A stretch of DNA of 64,000 nucleotides from an uncultured Ignavibacteriales bacterium. Lineage in GTDB: Bacteria > Zixibacteria > MSB-5A5 > GN15 > JAAZOE01. Position numbers and translations under genes: made by a program. Shown one piece after another: positions 63,651 to 64,000 of the stretch (position 1 is its first letter; every line of letters starts with the position of its first letter). The notes below the pieces were generated by a model. That model was not told the origin of the DNA and did no database searches. It saw only the letters and a list, made by a program, of their open reading frames with translations. Location: the NCBI GenBank assembly GCA_964549765.1, contig CAZJWR010000006.1:36487-100486 (forward strand), read 5' to 3'.

Positions 63651-64000
63651 AAGATGTGGACCTTCTGAAGTGAACGGAGGCAGATATCGCACAGGCGCGA
63701 CGACTTATTATCGATGTCGATCATCTTCCGGGATTCATAATGCACGCAGGACGGGTTGGCGCACGGCGCGATAGAATAGAGGTTGGCCAACTGATGGACG
63801 ACTTCTTTATAGAGCCGGGGGTAAACGCGGCTCTCGTCCTCGGGCAGGCCGTAGAACTCCTGCCGAAAATGAAACATGGACACGACCGCCGTCCCGGCCA
63901 GCGGATCGGCGTATCCCAGCACGTAGTGCGCATTGGGAAGATAAATATCCTCTTCGCAGACGCCGACGACCATCTCACGATTGTTGGCCTTGACCCGTTC
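63647..64000 (-). CDS. Archaemetzincin-like protein with degenerate catalytic motif (partial; N-terminus beyond the right window edge)
   Basis: The frame is open to the window edge (ERVKANNREMVVGVCEEDIYLPN...). Matches the AmzA layout (VFG-like YVLGYADP, FYG, KEVVH...), but HExxHxxGxxHC reads HQLANLYSIAPC. The Cys4 pattern C-x4-C ... CxxC is retained. Confidence 0.75.
   Translation of the reverse strand, partial: ERVKANNREMVVGVCEEDIYLPNAHYVLGYADPLAGTAVVSMFHFRQEFYGLPEDESRVYPRLYKEVVHQLANLYSIAPCANPSCVHYESRKMIDIDNKSSRLCDICLRSLQKVHIL

Overview
GC-rich, gene-dense chromosomal segment from a Gram-negative bacterium that looks uncultivated. I support about 58 protein-coding genes and found no rRNA, tRNA, CRISPR array, transposase or prophage. 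Lineage clues: a T9SS-type C-terminal sorting domain, an Mla system, an LPS-core glycosyltransferase cluster, a TolB-like propeller, single-chain PFOR and a mitochondrial-type citrate synthase. These suggest an anaerobic or facultative FCB-superphylum-like or delta-proteobacteria-like organism, but that assignment is tentative.

Main content, left to right:
- 380-7804: envelope and small signalling/repair genes (Ca-loop lipoprotein, PilZ, ATL, MarR-GNAT, S41 peptidase, DinB, TolB-like, OMP).
- 7984-12819: nifJ (PFOR), dcd and an Rrf2 regulator.
- 13109-18253: a redox operon divergent from Rrf2 (FAD/FeS oxidase, cobO, NDUFA9-like, trxB).
- 18618-22660: two tandem orphan histidine kinases.
- 25787-34727: citrate synthase, GlcD-like oxidase, FmdB zinc ribbon, pta, prfB with its programmed +1 frameshift, MBL hydrolase, PHP phosphatase, 3-methyladenine glycosylase, glutamate dehydrogenase.
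- 34792-42363: S2P protease, a lipoprotein, and msbA plus four glycosyltransferases.
- 42388-53051: RelA/SpoT, zinc-ribbon/TPR protein, permease, ComF, xerD coupled to a pseudo-REC-GGDEF, GT39-TPR, OPT transporter.
- 53755-64000: a T9SS cargo protein, a PP-loop tRNA-thiolation-like enzyme, mlaEFD, an HXXEE protein, an ArsC-like gene, a ComB-like phosphatase, DUF2892, a small Cys-rich secreted peptide, an MrfA/YprA-like DEAD + DUF1998 helicase and a partial archaemetzincin-like gene.

Most interesting observations:
1. The ArsC/Spx-fold gene (59126-59470) has an in-frame TGA exactly at the redox-Cys position and a SECIS-like hairpin downstream, so it is a candidate selenoprotein.
2. An 85-aa secreted peptide with eight cysteines has a perfect RBS and appears to have a roughly 260-nt structured leader.
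3. The archaemetzincin-like protein has a degenerate catalytic motif (HQLAN in place of HExxH) and is translationally coupled (ATGA) to the helicase.
4. Two unusually long, hairpin- and repeat-dense intergenic regions (23913-24565 and 53052-53754), plus a dispersed REP-like hairpin family.

All calls come from reading the ORF translations and the DNA by eye. No database search or folding program was run.
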